Notes under the pieces: model-generated
Seen by the model: the letters and a program-made list of their open reading frames with translations, nothing else
Told to the model about the DNA's origin: nothing
Databases searched by the model: none
In this document: positions 47,884 through 57,727 of the stretch, in pieces
Numbering within the stretch: the stretch's first letter is position 1
How the letters are laid out: every line of letters starts with the position of its first letter
DNA from: Oscillatoria princeps RMCB-10
GTDB taxonomy: Bacteria; Cyanobacteriota; Cyanobacteriia; Cyanobacteriales; Oscillatoriaceae
Assembly (NCBI GenBank): GCA_019359235.1
Contig: JAHHHT010000012.1
Coordinates: forward strand, 3,648-67,647
Reading direction: 5' to 3'
Length of the DNA stretch: 64,000 bases
Made by a program: the position numbers and the translations under genes

Positions 47884-49245
47884 ATGGCAGATGCAATTGA
47901 AAAGCAGATCCCTCACCATGTAGTGATTATTGGCGGCGGTTTTGGCGGACTTTATGCGGCGCAAGCGCTCGGTCGCGCCCCTGTTAAAGTGACGCTGATT
48001 GACAAGCGCAATTTTCACCTATTTCAGCCCCTCCTGTACCAAGTCGCCACCGGCAGTCTGTCGCCGGCGGACATTTCCTCGCCGCTGCGGGCTGTGCTCA
48101 GCCGCAATAAGAATACCACAGTGCTGCTGGGTGAGGTGACAGATATTGACGCGAAAGCGCAAAAAGTTATCATGCGCGGGGGAGAGGTGAGTTATGATAC
48201 CTTAATTGTAGCCACCGGCGCGAGCCACCACTACTTCGGAAAAGACGAGTGGGAGCAGTTTGCGCCGGGGTTGAAAACGGTGGAAGGGGCGCTAGAAATC
48301 CGCCGGCGCGTTTTCATGGCTTTTGAAGCGGCGGAAAAGGAAACTGACGCGGAAAAACGGCAAGCGTGGCTGACTTTTGCGATTGTGGGGGGTGGGCCAA
48401 CTGGTGTGGAATTAGCCGGCGCTATTGCGGAACTCGCCCACAATACGCTGAAGCACGATTTCCGCAATATTGACACAACGGAAGCGGAAATAGTATTATT
48501 GGAAGGGACGGATCGGATTCTGCCGCCTTACGCGCCGGCACTGTCGGAAAAAGCGGAAGAAGCCCTGCACCGGCTGGGGGTGAGAGTGCGGACAAAAACC
48601 CTGGTGACGAAGATAGAAGGCGATACGGTTGCGGTGCGCGAGGGGGAGAAAGAAGAGGAGATAAAAGCGCGAACCGTGCTGTGGGCGGCTGGGGTGAAAG
48701 CTTCCAAGCTGGGACAGGTTTTGGCGCAGCGAGCCGGCGCTCAACTCGACAGAGTGGGGCGGGTGATTGTGGGTCCGGATTTGAGTGTGGGGGGATATGG
48801 GAATATTTTTGTGATTGGGGATTTGGCGAATTATTCCCATCAGGAGGGGAAACCCCTACCCGGTATCGCGCCGGTGGCGATGCAGGAAGGGGAATATGTG
48901 GCGAAGCTGATTAAACAGCGGCTGAAAGGCAACAGTGCGCCGGCATTCCGGTATGTGGATACCGGCAGTTTGGCGGTGATTGGGCGGAATGCGGCTGTGG
49001 TGGATTTGGGGTATGTGAAGCTGTCGGGTTTCCTGGCGTGGCTGATTTGGGTGTTTGTGCACATCTACTTTTTGATAGAGTTTGACAATAAACTGGTGGT
49101 GATGCTGCAGTGGGGGTGGAATTATTTCACGCGCAAGGGCGGCGCTCGCTTGATTACGGGGGATGAGTCTGTGGGGCGCATCGCCGTGGATGAGGGGGGG
49201 AATTATTACGTGCCGGTGGGTAAGAAAGAGCCGGTGGAGGTGTAG
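47884..49245 (+). CDS. type II NADH dehydrogenase (NDH-2, FAD-dependent pyridine nucleotide-disulfide oxidoreductase)
   Basis: HVVIIGGGFGGLYAA (FAD GxGxxG) and second dinucleotide motif FAIVGGGPTGVELAG; C-terminal amphipathic/hydrophobic tail. Confidence 0.85.
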   Translation: MADAIEKQIPHHVVIIGGGFGGLYAAQALGRAPVKVTLIDKRNFHLFQPLLYQVATGSLSPADISSPLRAVLSRNKNTTVLLGEVTDIDAKAQKVIMRGGEVSYDTLIVATGASHHYFGKDEWEQFAPGLKTVEGALEIRRRVFMAFEAAEKETDAEKRQAWLTFAIVGGGPTGVELAGAIAELAHNTLKHDFRNIDTTEAEIVLLEGTDRILPPYAPALSEKAEEALHRLGVRVRTKTLVTKIEGDTVAVREGEKEEEIKARTVLWAAGVKASKLGQVLAQRAGAQLDRVGRVIVGPDLSVGGYGNIFVIGDLANYSHQEGKPLPGIAPVAMQEGEYVAKLIKQRLKGNSAPAFRYVDTGSLAVIGRNAAVVDLGYVKLSGFLAWLIWVFVHIYFLIEFDNKLVVMLQWGWNYFTRKGGARLITGDESVGRIAVDEGGNYYVPVGKKEPVEV

Positions 49246-49298
49246 TGGTAGGAGGATTTTAACCGCAGATGCACGCTGATAAACGCAGATGAAGAGGA

Positions 49299-49437
49299 TG
49301 ATAGCAATAGACAATCAGTTTAGGACACTGGGATACGAAGTATAGACGTAGGGCAGGCGTCTCGCCTGCCCTCAATATCTCTGGGACAGGCGAGACGCCT
49401 GTCCTACGTCCTAACCTAAGTGGCTAGTGCTATATCT
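49299..49437. mobile_element. MITE family member nested between inverted CAGATAAACGCAGATGAA / TTCATCTGCGTTTATCTGCG repeats
   Basis: Core gacgtagggcaggcgtctcgcctgccc ... gggacaggcgagacgcctgtcctacgtc palindrome. The outer inverted repeat also occurs as a direct copy at 4795-4835. Confidence 0.55.
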
Positions 49438-49481
49438 GGGTTCATCTGCGTTTATCTGCGGTTTTAAAAAGTCCCGCACAG

Positions 49482-52454
49482 TTATCTGGGCCACCATCGG
49501 GTGAGCCGGCTGAGGATGGATGGGCGATTGTGCCAAGCCTGATAAAACTCCGGGTAGGGCATAGTTTGGGCGCAGTGCCAGATGAGTTTGTAGCACTCCA
49601 GGAACCGCCTATAGAATCGCCTATAGTTTATGATTAAGCTTATAAATGATAACTCATCTTTCAAGGCTGTGACAACTTCTGCAAATTGATTGTCTCGGAG
49701 GATTTTCTTCAAGCTTTCTGCCGTTCGCTTGCGGGTGTCTTCATCCTGAGCTGACTTGATGAGTCGCACTAACCCCCGGATGGCTGTTTGATTGCCGATG
49801 CCAATTTTCCCTAAGCTATATGTTGCTTTTCTGCGGGTGTCTTCATCCGGAGCGAAATCGATGAGTCTCACTAACCCCTCGATGGCTGTTTGACTGCCTG
49901 GGTCAATTTCCCCTAAGCTTTCTGCCGCGAGCCAGCGGGTAAATTTATCCTCAGCTGACTCGACGAGTCCCTTTAACGCCCGGATTGCTTTTTGGCTGCC
50001 AGGGTCAATTTTCCCTAAGCTTTCTGCCGCTTTACAGCGGATAAAATCATACTGCTCTGATTTGATGATCTGCTCTAACGCCCGAATAGCTGTTTTACTG
50101 CCAGTGCCAATTTTACCTAAGCTTTCTGCCGCGAGCCAGCGGGTGCCTTCATTTTGATGTGACTCGAAAACTCGCACTAACGCCAGGATTGCTGTTTCAC
50201 TGTCTGGATGAATTATCCCTAAGTTTTCTGCCGCAATCCTGCGGGTTAATTCATCCTGATCTGAATCGATGAGTCGCATTAACCCCGTGATGGCTGTTTG
50301 ATTGCTGGTGCCAATTTTCCCTAAGCTATATGCCGCTTCTATACGGGTTAATTCATCCTGATCTGACTCGGTGAGTCGCACTAACCCCCGGATTGCTGTT
50401 TCACTGCCAGTGCCAATTTTTCCTAATGTATATGCTATTTCCCAGGGGGGAAATTCATCCTGTTCCGACTCGATGAGTCGCACTAACTCCTGGATGGCTG
50501 TTTCGTTGCCAGGGTCAATTTCCCCTAAGCTTTCTGCTGCTTCCCAGCTGGTGTGCTCACCCTGAACTGACTCAATGACTGGCCCTAACGCCCGGATGAC
50601 TGTGTAGTTTTCAATGTGCCATAAGCTTTCTGCCGCTCGCCTGCGGGTATATTCACCTTGAGCTGACTCGATGACTCGCTCTAACCCCCGGATGGCAGTT
50701 TCACTGCCGGGGTCAATTTTCCCTAAGCTATATGCCGCTCGCCAGCGGGTGTCTTCATCCTGAGCTGACTCGATGACTCGCACTAACGGCTCAATTGCCC
50801 TGTTGCGATCCGTCTCTAGTAAGGCAGCTTTAGCTCCCTCCTTAACCGGCTCGACAAAATCGCCAAAACCCCACTTGACAATCTGCTCCGCAATCTCCTG
50901 ACTCCACCGGCAATCCTTAAACTCGGCAATCCCAGCTGCGGCTAGGAAATACGCCCGATACTCATAAAACCCCCTGCCGATTTGTTCCATTCCAGAGAAT
51001 TTGCCACACCCATCCTTAAACTCCACCAGCGCTTTGATAAACGCCTCTTTCCGCTCCTTGGCCACATCCTCTCGCCCCAGCCAGAGCAAAATCACCTGCT
51101 TCCACTGGGCTGAAAAAATGCGGTAGGTGAGATCCCCCCAACTCTTCTTGGAAAGGGGGGCATTCAACCCCCCCTTTTTAAGGGGGGGCAGGGGGGGATC
51201 TTGATGATTCAGGAAAAAGCGCCAGTCATCTATCGCCAGCGCGGCGAAGTATTCCTGAAACGTGGTATGGTAGAAAGCGTAAACAGCTTCATCGGGACTT
51301 TCTGCCGCCAAGCCCACTTTGTTCAGCCAAGCCAGTTTAGTAACCGCCAGCTCATAAAGTTCTTCTCCCGGCTGCCCCAGGAAACGACAAACCCAACTGT
51401 GCTTGAGCCGGAACCGAGACTCCTTTTGGTCAATCGCCCACTTTGCCAACTCCCCAAGCTTCCGATTCAAATCTCTTCGCTGATTGGGGGTAATTGGAAA
51501 TTCCTTCTGTTTCCAATCATAGAACTTCTCCACAAATCCCTTGTAGAGTTTCGCCCGCGTATCTGGCAATCCCCCACGCTCTTGCCACAAACTCCAAGTT
51601 CCGCACAGCAGCGCCAACCGCAGGGGATTTTTCGCCAGATCCTTAATCCGCTCTTTGCCCGGTTCGTCTAGCGCCCGCCGCAACTTTTGCCCTAACTCTG
51701 GCTCGCGCCCAAACCACTTGGCGATCAACTGCCCCACTTGATCCGGATAACTAAATTCCAAACTGCGATAAATCTCAAATGTGTCCGCCAGCACATTGCG
51801 GTTGGCATCCCAGACATTCAGCCGGCAAGTCAGCACCACCCGCGCCGGCGCTATCCAGCCCCTGAGCTGGCTTTCGATAGCCGAGAGCGGTTCTCCTCCC
51901 ACCGGCATCTCATCCACCGCATCCAGCAGCAACCACACCCGCCCCTGCTTGCACAGCTGTTTGAACGCCGTTTTCAGCGCTTCCGTCACTTCCACCAGTT
52001 CCGGCAAATGCGCCAGCGCCGCTTTCAGCCATTTACTCAGTAAATACTCCTCCAGAAACTCCTGCTTAGAAGTAACCGCCGGCAAATCTGCCAGAGAAAT
52101 CAAAACCGGCAAATCCTCCGTAGTGTCAGACAGCCAAAACGCAATTTTGCGCAACAGGGTGGATTTTCCCGCCCCCGGTTCCCCAATAATAGCGATCCGC
52201 TTGCCCTTGCTTTTCCCTGTCCCCTTTTCCAGGACATCGCGCAAAAACTGCTCGTGCTCAAACCGCTGCTTTTCCTCGTATGCCGGCTCGTACAGGCGCG
52301 ATCCCCGCTCTGCCGAAATCTCCTCATTCGGCTTCTTCTCCTGTTTTTTGCGCTCCACCAATGCCAGCGGCACATGGATTTGGTCGATATCCAAATCTGT
52401 CCCGTGGTTGTGCAGAAGCGCATTGACAGTCAGCTTTTTCTCAGCCGCCAGCAT
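49482..52454 (-). CDS. NACHT-domain STAND NTPase with C-terminal HEAT-repeat array
   Basis: Walker A IAIIGEPGAGKSTLLRKIA; Walker B LLLDAVDE; downstream ~12 PBS-lyase HEAT-like units (DEDTRWRAAYSLGKIDPGSETAIRGL...). Confidence 0.8.
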   Translation of the reverse strand: MLAAEKKLTVNALLHNHGTDLDIDQIHVPLALVERKKQEKKPNEEISAERGSRLYEPAYEEKQRFEHEQFLRDVLEKGTGKSKGKRIAIIGEPGAGKSTLLRKIAFWLSDTTEDLPVLISLADLPAVTSKQEFLEEYLLSKWLKAALAHLPELVEVTEALKTAFKQLCKQGRVWLLLDAVDEMPVGGEPLSAIESQLRGWIAPARVVLTCRLNVWDANRNVLADTFEIYRSLEFSYPDQVGQLIAKWFGREPELGQKLRRALDEPGKERIKDLAKNPLRLALLCGTWSLWQERGGLPDTRAKLYKGFVEKFYDWKQKEFPITPNQRRDLNRKLGELAKWAIDQKESRFRLKHSWVCRFLGQPGEELYELAVTKLAWLNKVGLAAESPDEAVYAFYHTTFQEYFAALAIDDWRFFLNHQDPPLPPLKKGGLNAPLSKKSWGDLTYRIFSAQWKQVILLWLGREDVAKERKEAFIKALVEFKDGCGKFSGMEQIGRGFYEYRAYFLAAAGIAEFKDCRWSQEIAEQIVKWGFGDFVEPVKEGAKAALLETDRNRAIEPLVRVIESAQDEDTRWRAAYSLGKIDPGSETAIRGLERVIESAQGEYTRRRAAESLWHIENYTVIRALGPVIESVQGEHTSWEAAESLGEIDPGNETAIQELVRLIESEQDEFPPWEIAYTLGKIGTGSETAIRGLVRLTESDQDELTRIEAAYSLGKIGTSNQTAITGLMRLIDSDQDELTRRIAAENLGIIHPDSETAILALVRVFESHQNEGTRWLAAESLGKIGTGSKTAIRALEQIIKSEQYDFIRCKAAESLGKIDPGSQKAIRALKGLVESAEDKFTRWLAAESLGEIDPGSQTAIEGLVRLIDFAPDEDTRRKATYSLGKIGIGNQTAIRGLVRLIKSAQDEDTRKRTAESLKKILRDNQFAEVVTALKDELSFISLIINYRRFYRRFLECYKLIWHCAQTMPYPEFYQAWHNRPSILSRLTRWWPR

Positions 52455-52526
52455 AGCGCGGCAAACCTCGCGCCAGTCAATGGGAGGTAACTTTGCCCCC
52501 TCCTCCCCTCCCGGGGGCGACTGCAG

Positions 52527-52970
52527 TCAGGTGATATTGATGGGCGAGTTTTGGACAGTCCCTTGGATAAATAACGATTTTTCTTGCCTGTTCGTGAAGT
52601 TAGGGTTATTGATAGCTGGCTGTTGAGCTTTCAGCGTATCCACGACTTTTTGAACTTCTTGGATTTGTCGGGCAATTTCGGGATTTGGGTCTGCCTTCGC
52701 CGCTTCTGCCAACTCCCGCACCGCTCGCTCGAATTCAGGATTTGCCTTCGCTGCTGAATCCACCTCCAGCACAGCTTGACCAATATCCAAAGGTTGCTGG
52801 GGAGCGAGTTCGATAGCACTTGCTATATTTGGCAATAGCCTTTTTAACCCTGACCTAACATGTTCCCACTTTTCAATTACATTCTCCCCTATGCTTTCTC
52901 CAGCTTTCTCCAAAATTTTTGTCCCTATTCCAGTGCCGACAGCGATAGCAGCAAATGTTAGAGGTTCCAT
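52527..52970 (-). CDS. 147-aa ORF encoding a probable N-terminal domain of the NACHT protein, separated from it only by an in-frame TGA
   Basis: Same reading frame as 49482..52454; TGA, then 24 sense codons (LQSPPGGEEGAKLPPIDWREVCRA), then the annotated ATG. No family recognised for the 147-aa part. Confidence 0.5.
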   Translation of the reverse strand: MEPLTFAAIAVGTGIGTKILEKAGESIGENVIEKWEHVRSGLKRLLPNIASAIELAPQQPLDIGQAVLEVDSAAKANPEFERAVRELAEAAKADPNPEIARQIQEVQKVVDTLKAQQPAINNPNFTNRQEKSLFIQGTVQNSPINIT

Positions 52971-53214
52971 GTGCGATATTTATAAATGTACAAATTGATG
53001 TGTCAGCCACACCGTTGATGGGTGACTTGACTGCTAGCAGCAACCGTCAGGATAGGCAGAAAAATCCTTTCCAGCCAAACCCCACCAGCCGTGCGAGCGA
53101 GCGTATTCATCTTTTTTACCACATCTCGCCCTCGTGCGTCAACTTTTCCCAGTGAGCCACTCCCCCACTGTAACTCGTAGGGTGCGTTCCCTCTTAGGGA
53201 ACGCACCCTACCCC

Positions 53215-53308
53215 TGAGCAGCAATAGACAGTCAGTTTAGGGCACTGGGATACCAAGTATAGGCGTAGGGCAGGCGTCTCGCCTGCCCTTATGGCTAATG
53301 CTATAACT
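53215..53308. mobile_element. MITE family member (GCAATAGACAGTCAG ... CTAATGCTATAAC)
   Basis: Shares the gcgtagggcaggcgtctcgcctgccc core. Confidence 0.5.
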
Positions 53309-53727
53309 CCTCCCCCGCCCCCAGAATGCCGGCACGCCAGAGCCACCCCCGGCTAAGTCGCTTGAGTCTTCAACCGGATATCTTAAAATATCTGCTTTAT
53401 ACCCAATTCTGCAATGTTTACCTTTAAAGCATTATAGCTGTAAAAGCCAGCAAACTATTGCGTATTATCCGGTAGAATACATAAGTAAACGTACCCCACC
53501 GGCAGGCTCGCTCGGTGCACCGGCTGCCGGTGTGATGCGCCAAGTTGCCGGTGGCTTCCCCAGCACCCAATATAGCGGCAAAGCCGGTGTTGCACAGAGC
53601 TGAAGAACCCCGTGGGGTTCAATCCTGTTGCTCTAAAAGCGACTCCCGACGCTCTTCCTCTTTATACAACAAGCAAATTAAAAGCGCAACTCCTGCGATC
53701 CCCAAAATCCGCAAAAACAACTACAGC

Positions 53728-55095
53728 TTATTCCAGAGAGAGCTCGCAGCTCTCCTCACTAACCGGCACAGCCTCCGGAGCCAGCAAGTTAACTTTCACG
53801 TTTTGCCGGATTGGAATTTCAATTGCAAACTCCGATCCCCGCCCCGGCGATGAAACACAAACAAGCCGCCCGCCGTGTTTTTTCACCACAATCTGGTAGC
53901 TAATGGACAGCCCCAATCCGGTGCCGCTCCCCACAGGCTTAGTCGTAAAAAACGGGTCAAATATTCTATTAAGCACATCTTCAGTCATCCCCGGGCCATT
54001 GTCAACAATCCGGATTCTCACGCAGTCAAAGGAAGACACTTCAGTGCGAATCCGAATCCAGGGAACAAACCGTGACGAGTCACGAGGGGAACCATCACCC
54101 CCCACTTCCGACTCCCCACACCCCATACTTTCTTCCAGGGCATCAATCGCATTCGTAAGAATATGCATAAACGCTTGGTTTAGCTCGCCGGCGTAGCAGG
54201 TAACTTCTGGCACATCACCGTACTCTTTAATCACTTCCACCTCAGCCAGACGCCCGTCTTTTTTGAACCTGTGCTGCAAAAAAAGCAACGTGCTGTCAAT
54301 GCATTCGTGAATGTTCACCGGCTTGAGTTCCGATTCATTCAGCCGGGAAAAAATCCGCAAGCTCAACACCATATTGCGGATGCGGTCGGCTCCCACCTTC
54401 ATCGAATCCAGAATTTTTTGCAAGTCTTCAACCATAAATTCAAGGTCGATGCTCTCAGTTGCCGCTTTAATATCAGGTGCCGGATTGGGGTAAGTTTTCT
54501 GGTAGAGATAAAGCAGGTTGAGCAAGTCTTGGATATAGCTATTCACAGGAAACAGATTCCCGTAAATGAAGCTGATGGGGTTGTTAATTTCGTGGGCGAC
54601 ACCCGCCACTATCTGCCCCAAGCTGGACATTTTTGCCGCCTGAATCACTTGGGCTTGGGTGCTGCGAAGTTCCGAGAGGGTTTGTTCCAGCGTTTTCGTC
54701 AAAGTGCGCAGTTTCACGTGCGCAGTGATGCGAGCCAAAACCTCCTCTTGCTGGAATGGCTTGGTAATGTAATCCACTGCGCCCAGCGAAAACCCTTTGA
54801 CCTTATCCACCGTCTCGGAAAGAGCCGTCATAAAAATCACGGGGATGTCTTTCGTTGCGTCATTGGCCTTCAGCCGGCGGCAAGTTTCAAATCCGTCGAT
54901 TCCGGGCATCATCACATCCAGCAAAATCAGAGCCGGCGGCTCGTATTCCACCTTACGGATAGCACTTTCTCCATCTCGCGCTACCCGCACTCCAAAACCA
55001 GCTTCATTCAAAACCTCCGAGAGTAAACCCAAATTCGCCGGGGTGTCATCCACGATTAAAATAGCAGCTTTTTCAAGCTTTTTACCGTTCATCAT
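53728..55095 (-). CDS. hybrid response-regulator receiver / histidine kinase (REC-HisKA-HATPase_c), no sensor domain
   Basis: REC: ILIVDDTPANL...LILLDVMMPGIDG; HisKA H-box AHEINNPISFIYGNL; HATPase_c G-boxes IVDNGPGM and GTGLGLSIS. Confidence 0.85.
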   Translation of the reverse strand: MMNGKKLEKAAILIVDDTPANLGLLSEVLNEAGFGVRVARDGESAIRKVEYEPPALILLDVMMPGIDGFETCRRLKANDATKDIPVIFMTALSETVDKVKGFSLGAVDYITKPFQQEEVLARITAHVKLRTLTKTLEQTLSELRSTQAQVIQAAKMSSLGQIVAGVAHEINNPISFIYGNLFPVNSYIQDLLNLLYLYQKTYPNPAPDIKAATESIDLEFMVEDLQKILDSMKVGADRIRNMVLSLRIFSRLNESELKPVNIHECIDSTLLFLQHRFKKDGRLAEVEVIKEYGDVPEVTCYAGELNQAFMHILTNAIDALEESMGCGESEVGGDGSPRDSSRFVPWIRIRTEVSSFDCVRIRIVDNGPGMTEDVLNRIFDPFFTTKPVGSGTGLGLSISYQIVVKKHGGRLVCVSSPGRGSEFAIEIPIRQNVKVNLLAPEAVPVSEESCELSLE

Positions 55096-55195
55096 ATCGC
55101 TGTTTATTATTTAAGGAAAGGGCTGCTCAAGAGAGAAAAAAGGAGGGAACTAAGTTAGCCGGCGGGTTGAGTCCCATTAGGTAGACGAACAAAAC

Positions 55196-56791
55196 TCAAC
55201 CTATTTCCCCCAGGTGGTTGCGCAGCACCGGCACCAAATACTGCGTCAAAGTAAACGCATCCACCCCCAACTCACTCCGCTCCCGCGCCGCCAGAATACC
55301 GGCTCTCGCGTGCCACCACACCGCCAATTTACATAACTCTTCAACCGGCTCCCCCGCAACAGCAGCCTGCGCCCACAAGCCACCCATCAACCCCGTAAGC
55401 ACATCCCCGCTGCCCCCGCGAGCCAAAGCTGGCGTACTTTCCGGCTGTACCCACACCTTACCATCAGGATGCGCCACCGCAGTTCTCGCCCCCTTCAGCA
55501 GCACTGTCGCCCCACTTTGCATCGCCGCCGCCCGCACAGCACCAATTCTGCCTATCTTTCCCCCCGAGTCCTCAATAGCAGACGAATTAGAACTCAGAGT
55601 CTCTTCTGGAAACAGACGCTTGAACTCACCCAGATGGGGCGTCAGCACTGCAGGCGCTCGCCGCTCACTTAATGTCGGAATCGCCCCCAGATGCGCCAGC
55701 ACATTCAGCCCGTCCGCATCCAAAACCAGAGGGCGATCGCTCTCCAGCACAGCCTCCACCACCGGCGCAGCCCCCACCGTCAGCCCCGGCCCGCAAGCGA
55801 TCGCACTGTACGAACCCAAATCAACCCCCACCGGCAGACCTGCGATCGCCCCCGCATCCGTCTCCGGACACCCGACAATCAGCGCCTCAGGCAGCTGCAA
55901 ACTCAACAGCGGCTTAACCGACTCCGGAACCGCCACCGAGAGCATCCCCACCCCAGACGCCCGCGCCCCCAAACCCGTCAAAATCGCCGCGCCGGTGTAC
56001 TTGCGCGAACCGCAAACCAGCAGCAAATGCCCCATCTTGTACTTGTGCGCCGCCGGCGGGCGGGGGATGGGGAGGAGCGACAGCGCGGATGCCGGTGTGA
56101 TGCGCCGAATTGCCGGTTGCTCGCCCAGCACCGCCCGGATATCCGCCAGCGGCAAATCAAAATCAACCAGCTCCGCCTCACCAATATACTCCAGCGCCCC
56201 ATCTTGCAGAAACGCCAGCTTCCACAACCCCAAACAAAACGTCCGCGCCGCCCGAATCGCAGTTCCGAGCACCTCGCCAGTATCCGTGTGCAGCCCCGAA
56301 GGAATATCCACACTCAGCACCGGCACCCCCCAGCGATTCACCCGATCGATCGCCGCCGCAACCGCACCTGACAGCGAACGCTCCAACCCAAAGCCAAACA
56401 GCCCGTCAACCAGCAAATCGCAATTTTTCAGAACGTCAACTTCCTGATAAAAAGGAATTCCCAGACTCGCCACATACTGAGCGTGCTGCCCCGTCAGCTC
56501 CTTAAGCTTAGAAAAAGGCGAATAAACCGCCACCTCAAAGCCCCGCAAGTGCAGCTCCCTAGCCACCACCAAAGCGTCCCCCCCATTGTGACCGGGACCG
56601 ACCAGCACACCCGCACGCACCGGCTGCCGGTATTGCTCCAGAATCCGCTTAGCAACCAATCCCGCCACCTTTTCCATCAGCGCCGCCACCGGCATCCCCG
56701 CCTCAAACACGCGCCCCTCAATCGCACGCATTTGCTCAGCCGTCACAGCAAACTGCTGAATCTGTTCCACCCTGTCCTGAGTCCGCCCCAC
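55196..56791 (-). CDS. nnr: bifunctional NAD(P)H-hydrate repair enzyme (epimerase YjeF-N + ADP-dependent dehydratase)
   Basis: YjeF-N: LVGPGHNGGDALVVAREL; C-terminal carbohydrate-kinase-like half (LLLVCGSRKYTGAAILTGLGARASGVGM ... GSGDVLTGLMGGL). Confidence 0.85.
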   Translation of the reverse strand: MGRTQDRVEQIQQFAVTAEQMRAIEGRVFEAGMPVAALMEKVAGLVAKRILEQYRQPVRAGVLVGPGHNGGDALVVARELHLRGFEVAVYSPFSKLKELTGQHAQYVASLGIPFYQEVDVLKNCDLLVDGLFGFGLERSLSGAVAAAIDRVNRWGVPVLSVDIPSGLHTDTGEVLGTAIRAARTFCLGLWKLAFLQDGALEYIGEAELVDFDLPLADIRAVLGEQPAIRRITPASALSLLPIPRPPAAHKYKMGHLLLVCGSRKYTGAAILTGLGARASGVGMLSVAVPESVKPLLSLQLPEALIVGCPETDAGAIAGLPVGVDLGSYSAIACGPGLTVGAAPVVEAVLESDRPLVLDADGLNVLAHLGAIPTLSERRAPAVLTPHLGEFKRLFPEETLSSNSSAIEDSGGKIGRIGAVRAAAMQSGATVLLKGARTAVAHPDGKVWVQPESTPALARGGSGDVLTGLMGGLWAQAAVAGEPVEELCKLAVWWHARAGILAARERSELGVDAFTLTQYLVPVLRNHLGEIG

Positions 56792-57034
56792 TGCTTTGCC
56801 CCAACGCCAACATTTTCAAAATATCAGCGAGTCGGTTTAGATGGGAATTTTATTAATCTAAAATCCCAAATCTAAAAATTCAGTCCTGTTCAGGTATCGC
56901 ACAGAACCGAGCAACTCGAAGATCCCCCCCGAACCCCCCCCTTAAAAAAGGGTGGAATCGGTCAGCCCCCCTTTTTAAGGGGGGTTGGGGGGATCTAACC
57001 CCCGTGCGAAGTGGAGCGCCAACAGCACAAAAAT

Positions 57035-57727
57035 CTAAAAATTCCCGTAATTAACCCGTGCGTTCTCCAAACCAAAATCCTGGAGATAGAAGTTCCAGCG
57101 CTCTGCCTTATCCCGGTCAGCAAATGGCCCCACCACCACATATGGCCCCTGCGGACTGTCTCGTCGCTGGCTGACCCCGAAATTCACCAGTCCCAGCAGG
57201 CGCACCCGCTCTGCAGTCGCCCGCAAGTCCCTCTCGTCAGTGGGGATAACCACGAAATAGCCGGCTGTATCACTGAGTCTGTCCTGTCTGTCCTGTCTGT
57301 CCTGTCTGTCCTGTCTGTCCTGTCTGTCCTGTCTGTCCTGTCTGTCCTGTCTGTCCTGTCTGTCCTCAATTGTCGCGATCTCAGCGCGGATGTACTGCTC
57401 TTCGAGATCCCTTTCCCGCTGCTTGGCCCGGTCTTTATCAGAAAAAAGGCCCGCCTGGATGACGCGGCGTCCCTCGTACTCGGTGACAAATGCCTCGGGC
57501 TCTATCCTGCGGACTTGTTCCAGCAGCAGCGGGCTGTTCCCATTGACATAAACCAAGTAGTACCTGTTCGACCTTTGGGCCAGGATTTGGGACTGCGCAG
57601 CCTCTGCGAGAGGGGTTTGTCCGAGAGGTTGAGCCCCGGCGGCTGTATTCCACGCCAGCAGCAAACACCCCCCCAACAGCAGGCGAGCGGGGGTCAGCAG
57701 AGAGGGGACAGAGCTTTCAGGCATATC
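57035..57727 (-). CDS. secreted protein with two SPOR-like peptidoglycan-binding domains separated by a (Asp-Arg-Gln)9 linker encoded by a 9-bp tandem repeat
   Basis: Signal peptide MPESSVPSLLTPARLLLGGCLLLAWNTAAGA; SPOR-like YYLVYVNGNS...RRVIQAGLFSDKDRAKQ and GYFVVIPTDERDLRATAERVRLLGL...YVVVGPFADRDKAERW. Track ORF extends to 57925, but the signal-peptide Met at 57727 is the likelier start. Confidence 0.6.
   Translation of the reverse strand, partial: DMPESSVPSLLTPARLLLGGCLLLAWNTAAGAQPLGQTPLAEAAQSQILAQRSNRYYLVYVNGNSPLLLEQVRRIEPEAFVTEYEGRRVIQAGLFSDKDRAKQRERDLEEQYIRAEIATIEDRQDRQDRQDRQDRQDRQDRQDRQDRQDRLSDTAGYFVVIPTDERDLRATAERVRLLGLVNFGVSQRRDSPQGPYVVVGPFADRDKAERWNFYLQDFGLENARVNYGNF
57278..57366. 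repeat. perfect 9-bp tandem repeat (GTCTGTCCT)x~10 inside the SPOR-protein CDS
   Basis: tctgtcctgtctgtcctgtctgtcct...; translates as DRQDRQDRQ... on the minus strand. Confidence 0.9.

Noticed and set aside
53545-53900. Possible tRNA near ggggttcaatcc
   Set aside because: No acceptor stem or cloverleaf could be built. A scan for GTTCGAATC-type T-loops found no tRNA candidates in the window.
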